Below are positions 49,342-62,203 of a stretch of DNA of 64,000 nucleotides, one piece after another (position 1 is the stretch's first letter; the number at the start of each line of letters is the position of its first letter). The notes under the pieces were generated by a model. It was given only the letters and a program-made list of their open reading frames with translations. It was not told the DNA's origin and searched no databases. Source of the DNA: Sarea resinae (lineage: Eukaryota); NCBI GenBank assembly GCA_026026165.1, contig JAPEUD010000022.1, positions 1-64,000 on the forward strand. The letters are read 5' to 3'. A program made the translations under genes and the position numbers.

Positions 49342-50451
49342 TCATGAATTCCGGTCTTCTATACTAGTCTTGTCCGAGCACATCACTCTCTTCACCCTCC
49401 GACCAGATCGGAGTCTATCAACACGAACTCTCCCGTTTGGCGGAGACCGGGGCAAAGCATTTTGGGCTCCGATGGCTTCGCGGAACGTTTCGGGCATGAG
49501 AGACGCGTGCGGCTGATCGGAGAATGAAATGCCTTTGAAGAGAAGCTGCAAGACTGCTCCCGACCTGATACCTCGAAAAAGTTATACCACGGTATCCGGT
49601 TCACCTCCATCAAATCGACGAGACTTGGCTTGAGATGCGCCATCGACTGCAGATAGCGAGGCGAGACCGTCACGGACAGGCATTGCACCCAGAATTTATT
49701 GATCACAAAAAGGCACAGCTACCAACCGTTAAGCATTGTACTCGATGGGAAAGTCGAGCTCCGCACCGAAGGAGGCCCCAATCGTGGATCTGCTTTGTCC
49801 TGTTCAAAGGCGTGCGCAAAGATGGAGAAAAGCTCGATGCCAGTGAACCTCGATTCGTTTTTGCCTGTTGTTGACGATGAGCGAGATGATGACCTTTGGC
49901 TCTCTTGTATCGTGTGGCGTATAGAATGCGGCCATTTCTGACATGACTGGAGCCGTATGGATGCCGACGGGTGCGCTGAGGGGATACTGCCTGATCGCCG
50001 GGCCACTCAATTAGAGTCTAGGTGCGAGCTTTGATGGATAGGACATACCCATGTTCATCCCCGCTACCAAGGAAGTATTCGAGTTCCCGGATCCAGTCCC
50101 TCATCAGCGACGAGACACCTCCCGATCGGGTCCGAACGTTTACTCGGTCGTACTCGACAAAGGCTTCAGAGTTTCGATTGCTTCTCTCTGGTCTTCTGAT
50201 GCCAGAAGACGCTCGATGACATGATGAGTCCGTGGCGGCAGTTCAATTGAGATCTCGTCTGCGAGTTCCTTGTCTGCAGGTCGTCGATGCCGAGCATTCG
50301 GCGCTCCTTGCCGGCCAGAACATTTCGAATGACGCGCAGCCAGGGCGGCGAAAAGGACATTTCGAGGGGCAGACACTGAAAGCACTGATCGACGTGATTT
50401 TGGGTAATCGGTATTTGTGCCTGTGTCTGTGTTTGTTTCTGTGTCTGTCAT
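49342..50451 (-). pseudogene. Frameshifted orphan gene
   Basis: Protein-like segments in alternating frames (IERLLASEDQREAIETLK; ELFSIFAHAFEQDK; FVINKFWVQCLSVTVSPRYLQSM..WYNFFEVSGREQ) and a GTATGT donor at ~50048. Confidence 0.5.
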
Positions 50452-50699
50452 CGCCAGTTGCAATTCGATGCAACGGTGATGGCTTGCGGGAAGGAAAGCT
50501 CGCCCATTTCGTAGCATTCAGTGAGGGTGAAGCGACGGTGGATTGTATTAGATTAGATTGGATTGGACCAGATTAAACCAGATCCTCCGCGTAGCTGGAG
50601 ATCGTATCTTTTTAGGCGGCAGTGACGGCAGTGACGGCAGTGACAGCAGTGAACCCCACCTTCTTCGCTCTTCTGAGAGAAGTGCTAGAGCAGCTCGCA

Positions 50700-51330
50700 A
50701 CACCCCTGGGTGGATCAGGTAGGCTGCTCGAACGGTACTAGCGGTAAGGCGCCTATAGATAGCTACTGCCCAGATATAAGCTAGAGGTAGGCAGAACGTA
50801 TATAGTCTAATAGATAGCAATTGTATACAGATTCCATGCTTGAATGACTACTAACCTTGTAGAGTTGAATGCTGAGGTTCTGACCTCCAGCATTTGGGGC
50901 CCCTTATGTAGGGATCGCCGGTCCCATGCCATTCCATGGCTTTCTATGCTCTGGCGGTGCGGCAGACACATGTGGCGGCCCGAGCCGCGCAGGGCCTCCA
51001 GAAGGAGGCACAGTGCGAACAACGGGAATGCCTGGTCCCTCGTGCTATCCCTGATGCTGCGTCTTGCCAAATACAGCGCTAGGATCTTGCTTAGTTTGAC
51101 GACGTGCAGGTTGGGTGTAGGTTTCAGATAATAGCCTATAAAATAGTGTTATAATAAGCCTATTGTTTGCTATAAAGGCAAGAGAGTGGTTTATCTTATT
51201 TACTAGTCTTCAACTACTATAGTCTTCAACTACTATATAAGAGATATATACTAGACTTCAAGGATGAAATAGGGTTCAAGATCTTTGTAAGAGCGCTGCT
51301 GCATTATAGTCAAATAGCCATGATCCGGAC
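50700..51330. mobile_element. Patchy TpA-rich, RIP-like relic at the accessory/cluster boundary
   Basis: Frequent TAG/CTA/TATA runs, no coherent ORF. Confidence 0.4.
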
Positions 51331-51456
51331 GTACGTGCAACACCTGGACTTCTAAGATAATGTGACCATCCCTAACCCGGCGCGAGGGGTTTCGACCCCC
51401 AAGACAATCACTGTACAGAGCATCGACGAATGGCAATGAAAGGTCAACCTCTTGAA

Positions 51457-53305
51457 TTAGCCAAAGCAAAGTCGCATTTTCAGAGTATGAGCCGTGGCCA
51501 TGTGCTGCTTATCCACGACCTGGCCCCACCATACGTTCTCAAACCCCTTCGTCTCCTGCTCGGCCCATACTTCTTGGAGCAGAGGAATGGTGCTGCGGAA
51601 CATGTGATACCGAGTCCTCTCGTCCCAAACAGAGCAGAGTTCTAGAATCTTCGTTCGCGTTAATCGATCTTGCAATTCGCAGCCTGCGAAGAAAAGCGGC
51701 AACAAGGCCTGCTTGGACATCATGTTTACGTCGCGACATGAGACTACGTGGTCCACAATGACTCTTGCGCGGTACAAGATAGTCGTCGGGACGCTACTTC
51801 CAGGTTGCCACTGAAAGACCCTGAATATATAGAGAAGAAGGCCATGTCTCCATGCCTCCGAGCAGTGCATGACATCCTGATCTTGGTGCATGCAGTCTTC
51901 GTCTTGGAAAGCTGTCACGGCGGGAATGTGACACCAGGACTCAAGCAACTGCTCAATTTTCGAGATGGCAGTGTTGTCGAATTCGGAATCCCGCTTCAAG
52001 CACGATTTTTGCCTCTCTGCACTGAGGCGCGCCACCTGCATTACAATCTCTGCGAGTCTCGTTGGACATCCGCAAAGTCCAAAGAAATCCCACTCTCGTT
52101 TATGCTGGTTCGATAGTACGGCATCAAAGTATGCGTAAGGGAACACGCAGTCTTCCCTGGACAGGAGACCAGTTATAGCGTCCCACCTGGCAATTTAGCT
52201 AGAACGCAGAGACGATCGGAGTGGAAGCATCGCGTACCACGTGAGTATTCCTATCTGAGACTCGATCCTAGAGGACATGGCTAATGTTTTGATACCACCG
52301 CAAGCTTCAAGGAGGCCATATGCTCCCACGAGATGTGTGCTCCATGTTCCGAGCATGGACTGAGTTTCCTAGTATCCACCGTCAGTCTTGACTGAGTCTC
52401 GGGCACACGGAGTTTGGACTAACATCTAGCGAGAATAGAATTACAATCGTGTCAAGTACGGAATACATAGCTTCCGCATCACTGAATGCATTGAGACTCT
52501 GGCGGAGCATCTGAAGTGCTGTATGGCGATGACTCAGGGTTGAGGTACTGTTGACGTGATGACCCGCCAAGGCCATCACCGCGTGCACCAGAAAGGGCGG
52601 CTCCGGGTCGAGGTCTGTGCGGTAGCGAAAGGGATTGATCCGTAGGTGGAAAGTCAATGGGATCGCGCAAAACTCGCTGTTGTCTGTAGGTTGTCAGGGA
52701 GAGTTGGGAGGAGTGAATGTGTGCGCAGAATGCTTACATCTGTTGAGTATCGGCTTGAACCGTTGCGTAAGGCTACTGTACTCTATAGACGGTGGTACAG
52801 ACGTGATAAACGGAGACGGACTGTTGGTCAAAGCCGAAATTGCCGCATCATCTGGCCCTGGGCCGGCAACAGTATGCTCACCGGTCATGGGCTCGGGTGC
52901 GCGCGAGCATGCAAATTGATCTTCGCTGTGGCACGAGCTCAGACGAGGCTCGGTCGAGGCGTCAACTGTCCCTAGATCAGGAGACCCTTCGTTCCTGATC
53001 GATGAGTCGTCATTCAAGGTCCCGAGTGACGGGTCAATGGGTTGTCCATGCTCCTCGACAGCTTCGCTTTGAAATGAAGCTCTCTGGGTGTCTACTATGA
53101 TAGAATGCTCCCTCGAAGAGTCAGAGAGAGCCCCGGGCTGCGTAAGAGTGATTACTGATGGGGAACGTCTTCCGCGACAGGCTCTCTGGGGATGCTCCAG
53201 GACAAATTCCAATTGTTGCCGTCTGTTCCTGCGCGGTACTGGCCTTTTCGCGGGCTTCCTTGACAGAGAAAATCCCGGCTGCCAGGACAGCTGCATCTCA
53301 GGCAT
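51457..53305 (-). CDS. Fungal-specific transcription factor domain protein (Fungal_trans_2/Acr-2-like), multi-exon
   Basis: Motifs INPFRY, LVHAVMALAGHH, WSTHLVGAY, WDAITGLLSRE, FFGLCGCP, HCSEAWRHGLLLYIFRVF, KQALLPLFFAGCE, C-terminal LCFG; start tentative. Confidence 0.85.
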
Positions 53306-53542
53306 CACTGAGACAGCCCGTGAGGTGCCAGACACCCGAAGGATCACAATGTCCAAATTGAGGCTGTGGAAGACAGAAAGAAGAGTAGTGCCGGTGCCGG
53401 GCGTTAGCGAACCCCACGGTTGTCAGTGGTGTCTCGGCCCAAAGATGATCGCTAGCACCCGGTGGACAGCAACGGCGGGCCTTGGCATCCCACTAACTAC
53501 TTTCGGCTTCCTGCCCAATCCCTCCAGTTGCCCAATCCATCC

Positions 53543-53720
53543 AGTTGCCATTTTCAGTCAATTGCCTTTTCGGTCAATTGCCTTTTCGGTCGTCCCTAAG
53601 GCAGCCCGAGGGGAATCCTCATCTCTAATTGGGATCCTGTCTCTAATTGGAATCATGTGCTTACTCGGAATCATGTCTTTCATCGGAATCATGTCTTCCA
53701 TCGGATTCATGTCTCCAATT
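53543..53720. promoter_or_regulatory. Tandem repeats in the TF/MFS divergent promoter (3 x 16 bp and 6 x 18 bp)
   Basis: AATTGCCTTTTCGGTC-type units at 53543-53592; GGAATCATGTCTTYCATC-type units at 53612, 53631, 53649, 53667, 53685 and 53703. Confidence 0.6.
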
Positions 53721-53859
53721 CAATCTATAAAGGATCCTCCACCTTTGCCATTCGTTCATGTAAAGTGTTATCTGTCTTGTCTTGATAAGTTATTGAAAGA
53801 CCGCATAGCAGTTTCCATTTCCCTTTCCAATCTCTTCTCCTCCCTCATTGTTCTCTGCC

Positions 53860-55556
53860 ATGGTTTCCGCCGTCGCAACGGCCGCCGATGTGCCATTCTC
53901 ACAGAGTCCGCGTCGAGAGGATGCACCGACAACAGGTGCCTTTACGAATCACTTTGGAAAAGTGCCTGTTGTGGTGGATGACTTCGAAAAATGTCGTCCC
54001 TCGGCTTTATACTCTCCCACTGGAAGTTGGTACACCTGTTTGGGAGCTCTCACTTCAGCTTCGACTGATTGTGTAATACAGGTCCATGCGATGACGCAGA
54101 TGTTATCATTATCACCTGGGATGGCCCAGACGATCCACAAGATCCCTTCAATTGGTCTGTACGGAAGAAATGGGGGACAGTCGGACTCGGTCTTCTCGCG
54201 AGCTTCATCTGCTCTATGAACGGCACTATTCTCTCGGTTGCTCACAAATCAATCTCCGAGGAGTTCGGGATTTCTGATGAGCCTTTCCCTAATTCCTATT
54301 GGATCACCACGTCCTGGGGGGTAGGAGCCGCGCTTTTCCCTCTTATCTTATTCCCTCTGATGGAGGACTGGGGAGTTCGACCCGTGGTCCTCGGCACCTA
54401 TTTCTGTTTCATGTGCCTTCTCATTCCAGTCGGTCTGGCTCAAAGCTTTGCAACACTCGTCGTGGTTCGGTTCTTTGCCGGCGGCTGCGTTCCACTCATC
54501 AGCGACGCTGTCGCTAGCATCACATCAAATGTGTTCTTCGGAGATCAAGCCAGAAGTGTACCAGTATGTCTCTACGTCTTGGTATATCTGGGCGCAACAA
54601 GCCTAGGCCCAGTGATCGGTGCCTCGATACTTCAATTGCTGGATTGGCGTTGGATCGGTTACATCGAATTGATTTTCACTGCCGCCATTTTTCCTGTCCT
54701 CTTTCTCGGTCTCCAAGAAACTCGTGGCTTGGCTATCCTGCGAGCCAAGGCCAAACGAATGCGCCAAGAGGGGAAAAAGGCATACACAGCAGAAGAATCT
54801 GATCGTAGACCTTTGCTCCAGGTCCTCATCAAGAGCGTGCAACGACCAATCTACATGTTCTTCACGGAGTCGGTGGTCTTTGTCGCTACCATTTGGGCTG
54901 CCTTCAGCCTTGGAACAATCTACCTATTCACTCAGTCGGTCGAACAGGTATATGGACAGCTCCACGGCTGGAATGCTGTCGAGGCGGGATACGTCCAAAG
55001 TGCTATTGTCATCGGCGAGATCCTTGGCACCGGCATTTCCCTCTCCACCAACCACTGGTACCATGCTTCTGCTGCTCGAAACACCGAAGTCCCGGGTACA
55101 CCTATCCCCGAGGCGCGGCTCTATCCAGCCATCATTGGAGGTTTTTTCGGCGTTACGGGCGGAATGTTTGTGTATGGCTGGGCAGCATACCCCAACATAC
55201 ACTGGATAGTAATCACCGTCGGCTTGACCATGGTGGGGCTTGGAACTACTGCTGTCGTGATTAGCATTGCAAATTATCTCATCGATGCATACAGCAAGTA
55301 CGCGGCGAGCGCTCTTGCGGCGGTTGGCTTGGTTGAGAACTCATCGATTGCGTTTCTTCCTCTTGCTGCACCAGCCTTGTACACCAACCTCGGGTTTCAC
55401 TGGGCTAGCACGCTTCTCGGATTCGCGTCGTTGGTGCTCGTTGCTACTCCATTCGTGGTCATCAAATGGGGCAAACAGATCAGAGCTCGCAGTCCATTCA
55501 TGAAAGAGGCGATTATAGACCGGCAAAGAGATTTCGGCGTTGTAGCTAGCGTATGA
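53860..55556 (+). CDS. MFS transporter, DHA1-like
   Basis: WDGPDDPQDPFNWSVRKKW, PLMEDWGVRP, LGPVIG, PEARL, NYLIDAYSKYAASALA, IRARSPF; about 12 hydrophobic segments; probable intron 54026-54081. Confidence 0.95.
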
Positions 55557-55917
55557 TAGAGACTAGAACCCTTTTGAATGTTTACAAGAAATGCTTTCAA
55601 TAGCACTTTAATTGGAGAGACCCTCTCAGCGGCGTGTAGGGCGCCGAGTCACGACTATATGGCATGATAAGCCGCCACCGCTGCAAGTAAGCAAGCACAT
55701 AGCATACTCACGAAAAGTAGCTAGCGTTTAGTACACTACTAAGTAATGCTCTGGAGTCGGCTGTAGCTGTGCGTAAAAAATCCCTCGATCGCGCCGTCAG
55801 ACTCAGCTGAGAAGCAGCGATACTGCAGATAGCAAAGGCTAGGCTGAGCTTTGTCTCGGTGTAGTCAAGTCCTTTGACTTTACTCAGGTTATAGTGTTGT
55901 GTAAAGGTAAGTCTGAC

Positions 55918-56036
55918 ACATACGGCCATAGGTTGTGGAATATAGAGGATCCCGTCCGCTCTCCTGTACTCAAACCACAAACCGGCGGATTAGTAGTTGG
56001 GTCGGTGACGACCAGCGAATACCCGCTGCTGTATGT
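55918..56036 (+). rRNA. 5S rRNA gene (dispersed copy)
   Basis: 119 nt, ACATACGGCCATAGG..GATCCCGTCCGCTCT..TTAGTAGTTGGGTCGGTGACGACCAGCGAATACC..GTATGT, followed by T-runs. Confidence 0.97.
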
Positions 56037-57192
56037 TTTTGACCTTTTTTTGGCCTCGCGTACGAAGTACCTATCCGACGGATCGGCGAGCACATTACAC
56101 AGAATGCGACAGTCTGCAATTTTTTGGAATTATGTTTTGTCTCATAGTTTTTTGCCACTAACGACGCTGATATGCACCCAGATGATCGTGGGCAGATTGA
56201 GCTTTCGAAGCCAGCGCAGTCTTTCCTTTACGCGTCTGTAGCTCTACAATACCCACAGCTAGCTCCTCTACATTGAGAAAAAGTACGATATCTTTTCGAA
56301 AAATAGTATACCCGCACAGAGAATTTCTATCACGGGCGCTACCTTTTCGGATTCGAATTTTCGACCGAGGATCACCTTATCAGATAGCCATTTCATTTCA
56401 GACACGGGCGACAGAGCAAGCGTCGAGGTATCAATCAGCACAGCACACGCATCTGCTTCTTCGAGCAGAGAGCAGGAGAGGAAGAGCGGCGACCAGGAGC
56501 ACGCAACCTGAGCTCCTATTCTCTTACCAGGCGATACAAAATCTCGTCACCATTGTCGTTGTGGGGTTCAGAGTTCGCCATTATCGTGCATCCCGTTCGC
56601 TCGGACGGGGCTTGGACGGTCGCGTACAAGACGTGTCTGGTGAATACCGCCTACGTCGGCTGCTGCGGCTTTATCAGACCTTAGGCGTCCTGTGCTGTTG
56701 TGCTAACGTGCTACTCGAGGACGTTGAGGGTACGTCGGCGCTGTCGTTGTTGTTTTTGCAAGACGAGGTCTTTCTAGAATGAGCTCCGCTGTGTGAGGCG
56801 TTTCGATGCAGGACGGGGTCGGTAAGGATGGATGAGGTGTTATATAGAGACGATATATGAATTAGGAAAAGAACCTCTATATTGTATTTACACATCAGAA
56901 ACTCGTCAATGGTGCTTAAGCTCCAGATGGAGGCTCTTTCATATAGCGAGGCGCTCGATCGGCTGAGAAATATTTGACATATTCGGTCTCAGGTTAGTCT
57001 ACTAGAACATTTCAACCACCAGACCCTCGGCATGGCCAAGCCGATCTGGCTAATCAGACCTAATCATGGTTTGAACAAGTGTCATTTAACAGCTACCTTA
57101 CATGGTAGAAACAGCAAACCAGATTCCCGGGCAAATTAAACTCCAATCAATACCCCTACTAGTAGTACAGGAACGGCAGATATAAAGACAGC

Positions 57193-59464
57193 TTAAACGC
57201 CAGGCTTCGCGGGAGACGTATCCAGCCTTTGCGCGCGGGGCGATGAAAGGCCGTCTATTTCTGCCATCACCGAGGCTGCCTGTTCGACAATCTGCCACAT
57301 ATTAAAAGTCCCAGGGTCCTGCTTCATAGGGTCGATTGGGACGCGCAGCTGCGACAATAACGATACGATATCTGAAAGTCCAAGCCTAACCCAAGCCCAG
57401 CCTTGTAGACTCTTCAGCGCATCTATCAACATGTGAGTATCGCATCTCACATCATATCTAGAGGCAGTCTTTTACCTGCAAGAATTCGAGAAATCTGCCA
57501 ATGTTGTGCAAATCGATCCAAGGCTAGGCTCAGCAGGTCCAGTGCGCTGACAAGCCTTTGATCGGGGATTTCGTCGAATTGGCCAAAGTTCGACATTGTG
57601 TGAATCGTTAAAATGCATGTGGTATACCAAATAATCGTGCTTGTGATCGGGTCTGCTCCCGTAAAGTATCCAGGCCTCCAAGCTTTGAAGATGGCGGCAA
57701 TGTCTTCACCGATACTTATACACCCTACCCAGTTTCCAAGATCATCGTCCCGCATGATGTCTGCCAATTGAGTGTTCGTGATAGGCTCGAGGACGTGTAT
57801 TTGGGAACTAAGCTCTCAGTCAGTACTATACTGAACTATTCCGGTTGGGCCTTACATGAGAAGAATAAGAAGACTCTCAAGTCGAAGCCGATGCTTGTCT
57901 GGTGTCTCGAGCAAGAGTTGTCTGGCAGGCTCAAAATACCATGAAGGCAGCGATAGCCGCATGTATGAGAGAGAGTTCCTCAGAACCGTCAAGTGGCGAG
58001 CTGATTGTGGGGTGGGATTGGTGTATAAACGTCGTCGAAACGCCATCACATGACGGAGATGACAGATTGCAAGATAATACATATTCGTCCCGTCTTCGGT
58101 GTCGTTATTCAGTAGCTGCTGGGCCGATTTCCATATTCTTTCCGAATCAACTGGCAGGAACTGTTGTGTTGATTGCGTGCTTTTACCCGCTGTAAAATCC
58201 GCAACGGACGTTGAAACAAGTGCAGTACTAGTATTATCACTCTCAATACCACATGGCGCACCAGTGAGAGTGTTTATCGCAGAATCTAGATTCCATACCG
58301 TCCACCATACAAAGCGATGTTCCTCCAGCTCAAAATCCGACAAAGAGAGACTTTGTTGGCCACTGTCAAGGCAGTGAAGTCCTATCGACAAGGCCATACG
58401 AACCAAGTTCCCTACCATCATCCACGCTCTGCGACCAGGGAATTTAGTATATTCGTAAAGAGTTAGAAGTGCAAACGCTTTGATGTCATTGAGTAGTATA
58501 GGTGTATTCTTGTCCTCCTGGTCTTGCATTTGTCGCTCCGCAAGGCGAGCAAAGTCATCCCACGGTGCAGGGTATAGCGATCCCAATAGTGCTGGGACAT
58601 CAGTGACTGGAATGAACCTCGACGCAAGGGCAAGCATAGCGTTAAAGAGCGCGTCCGGGATTTTCTTCTCTGCAAGGTCTTGCTCAAATGATTGTTTGCA
58701 GAACATCGGATAGGTGGGTTGGACGTGGGCGAAGTATAAATCGATCCTAACGGATGGTCAGAGGATACAGGACACAAAGATGGCACTGCTCGACGTACAA
58801 CTCGCGCTTTGCACTCTCATTGATAACGATGGCTATGCTGGTCTCTGCGGATCGTTGAGAGTTAGCCGGGTGGTCCAGAGTCCGGAACAGAGGATAATAG
58901 ACAAAAGAGGGTGCGGTATACTTGATCGCTCCTCCACGACTGGCGCTCTGAGCCCGACAGACCCTTTCGCCGGCCCAGGTTTTCTCTTGATGCATCGATA
59001 CTCACAGGTCCAACCATTCTCGAGGCAGAGGGAGCATGCCGGCCTTTCCAGACTGCCTGACAGGAAGACGTATCAGCACTTGTGGAAGGTTAGAATCTGA
59101 CAGACTCACATTTGCGCTTCTTGCTGGATCAAACGCATATCAGCCCCAGCCAAGCTTCACTATCTAACGTCAGATACACTTACCGACGACAGTTGCCGCA
59201 CACTTGGAATTTGATCGGTGCTGGCGTCTTACTTTCATCTCTCCTACACCGCCTGCCAGGTGCAGACGAAGTGGGCGAGTGCTGTTCTGTTGGAGTCGAA
59301 GCGGGTGACGACTGTTCGATTGGAGTGATGGCATTCGTTGGTGAAGCTGTTTGAAGATCGGAAAGTGTGTTCCAGGAAAAGCCGGTGAGGAAAGAGTCCA
59401 TACTCAAGTCCAGACTGTTGCCGGAGAGGTCATCCATTGCATACATTTCTGACATTATCGACAT
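57193..59464 (-). CDS. Zn(II)2Cys6 transcription factor with a fungal-specific TF domain
   Basis: Spliced CGNCRRKKRKCSLERPACSLCLENGWTC; YFAHVQPTYPMF, LFNAMLALASRF, AWMMVGNLVRMALSIGLH, EEHRFVWWTVWNLD. Confidence 0.92.
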
Positions 59465-60499
59465 GTAGACCAAGAATGAAGATGACGGATTATGGGGTTC
59501 GAGGTTATGAACCACGATTCTGCGCAAAATAGAGGAGAGAGGAGACCTATGGCATATAGGCGAGTGCGGGGGGTCGCGTCCTAGCATGCATGGCGCCGCC
59601 AGGATGAGACGGGGAGATCACTGTAGTAGACCGTGCTAGGGTCAATGTGGGGTCGGCACTGCCGACCCGCGAATTCCGATGCAGATCCATGGATCCGACG
59701 CAGATGCGGATGCAGACGGATAGCACACCGTACTGTATATTCGATGTGAAGGACACGCCGATGAACGCTGAGCCACCCATCTGCAATTTCCTGGATACTC
59801 AGCGTTCGCGTCCTTTAGTGTCTTGGTCTTGGCCTTGGCCAGAGGCTCTATTTGACGAAGACGGGAGCTACCTCAGCCCGAAGCCCGGATTTCAGTGCTC
59901 CTAAGCCGAAGGAAATGAAGCGTTACCCCTTGTAGCGATAGCGCCCAACAGACTACAGAAACAACACGACTCAAGGTCGTTTTCGATGCTCGATTGGTCG
60001 ATGTGGTTTCAGGTAGACACCAGGGGTGATATAGATGATGCAGTAATGGCGAACAGAGTTGATTGTCGCAAAGAGAGAGATCTCGAATCTAGTCACAGAC
60101 AAGGGTTAGAATTGTGTTGGAGAACAAATAGAGAAACCGATTTGCCGCTATACTAACACGTAATATATTATGGACGGCGGGTCCTTGCAGGTGCTAGTGT
60201 CTATATACTTCTGTATACTGTAATAGGTAAGTTGGGAAAGAAGTCGTCTCAGAGCATCGTTCACTGATTAAGCCTACGACAAGCTTTTGAGTATTGGAAG
60301 GGGTCATCTCAGATGGTAAGTGCCAAGTCAAACCAAAGCTCAGCCTCACTCAGAACAATATCTAGACTGCTGCTCGGACACGTTCACCGAATGTATACGA
60401 CTCAAATCGATTTATTCTTAGGTTGACTCGGGCTAGCAATGACAATATTAGAGCACATCTTCGATGTTCTCACGTCGATTGCTCAGCATCCATAAACGA

Positions 60500-61622
60500 T
60501 TACTTTTCAAACACGATTTTGTTCTTCAAGACCCCAATCGGTTGGATCTCCACCTCCACTACATCTCCGTCGCTCAACTGTGCTTGCGGTTTCTGGAAGA
60601 ATCCCACTCCCGCTGGTGTACCCGTCATGATCGCAGATCCATAAGGTACCGTGGTGCCTAGAGCAGTGGTTAGCACTTTCATGTCCGCACTTCAGGGAAG
60701 ATCGTGGGGCAACTCACCTTGGGAAAGGAAGCTGACAAGATCCATTACAGGAAATATGAAGTCTAGCGTGCTTTGCTGCACCACTTTTCCGTTGACACGC
60801 GTCTCGATGGTGTTCGGGGCGGAAGGTTTGAATTTTGACGGATGCACAAGACGCGGACCAAGAGGTGCAAATGCATCGAAAGCTTTGGCGTAGGTGTACT
60901 GGCCGCCGCAACGCTTTGGATCCTGAAACATGCGCGCTGTTAGATCGTTACCGATTGTGTAGCCGAGAATGGCAGAGGAGGCTTCTGCGTTAGAAATGGA
61001 TTTCGTGGGACCGCGAAGTATGACCGTGAGCTCGCCCTGTTGGAGGAGGTCAATAACTCATACAAAGGTTCTGATGAAATACAAACCTCGTAGTCGGGGA
61101 AATTCGTGTGCGCGACAGTTGGAAAGAGAATGTCCTCTGCATGGTTGGCAAGGGCTCCCGCTGGTTTGTACCACATCGGTGGACATGGAGGAATAGTCAA
61201 CTGCAACGACACGGTTCAATCATTGCATTCTAGAGCGGTGCCAGAGTCCTTTCGCCGGCTATCAAGGTGCATACCTTTGCCTCCTCGGCATGGTTTCTGT
61301 AGTTCAAGCCGATACAATATATAGGAGTATCTGGGTTCGGGGTGGGTGCGAGCAACTGCAAGACGATGGTATGGTAAGTAACGGACTTTTGAGCGATTTC
61401 GCATACGCAAGGAATAAGATGCGCCAATATCACGCCTTTGATTCGCCCTACCTTCTGTACCGTCACTTTCTGAGAAGTCGCACCACTTTCCAGCGCTTCG
61501 ATACTAGAGAACCCGTCGACTTCGAGACCCGCGACTGGAATAGTGTCGAGTGCAATTGCAGCCCAGTAAGTCTTCCCATCTTCAGAAGCCTCGAAGCGAA
61601 TTGCGCTGTCCCACGGAGCCAT
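60500..61622 (-). CDS. Fumarylacetoacetate hydrolase (FAH) family protein, multi-exon
   Basis: [53 protein letters not shown]. Confidence 0.95.
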
Positions 61623-62203
61623 TTTGGACCCTCACTGAAACCCCTCTTGCTCGATTGATAAAGTAGTTCTCGAGTCTGTGCAAGGTGAGAGGCAAAGTCG
61701 AAATCGTCCAGCAAGGATGTGCACGACATGATGAATTAATAGTGATGCATGAATGATACTCCTCTACAGCTCACAGGCTATCGGTGTGCTGATTGTTACG
61801 TCTGGTGAGGGTGCTTGTCGGAAGAAATGGTTCCTCCGCAAAAACCACAGCCTCGGAATACGGACTTCAACACATAGTACCATCGTCCGAGACATGATCG
61901 ATCACCCGGGATGAGGATCCTCCTGTCATCCGAGACAGGGACTTGCGACGAGTCGTTTTGTCTAGATCCTCGATTTCGGCACTCGTTGAAGAGTTCAGGG
62001 TTCAAAACTGCGGGTCCATGCCTTGCCCGCACTTTTGTGCCTTGTGCTTTGTGCTCGCCGTCAACGGGCCTGGCGTGTTGAGGCTTCATCCTAAACAGAC
62101 CCGTCCAGACGGGTTGTAGCATCACACTATTCGGTCTCAATCATCTACGCGCAATACAACACGTTTGAGAAAATCACTGATATTGACGATTTCGTGACTA
62201 TGA

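Noticed and set aside
53088..53981. 297-aa ORF on the + strand
   Set aside because: It overlaps the TF antisense and the promoter; its LIGIMS repeats are just the 18-bp promoter repeat read in frame.
55918..56036. 5S rDNA as the insertion site of a mobile element
   Set aside because: The gene is full length and uninterrupted; dispersed 5S copies are normal in these fungi.
56273..56782. 169-aa ORF
   Set aside because: Non-ATG start and no motifs; at most the shadow of a decayed minus-strand sequence.
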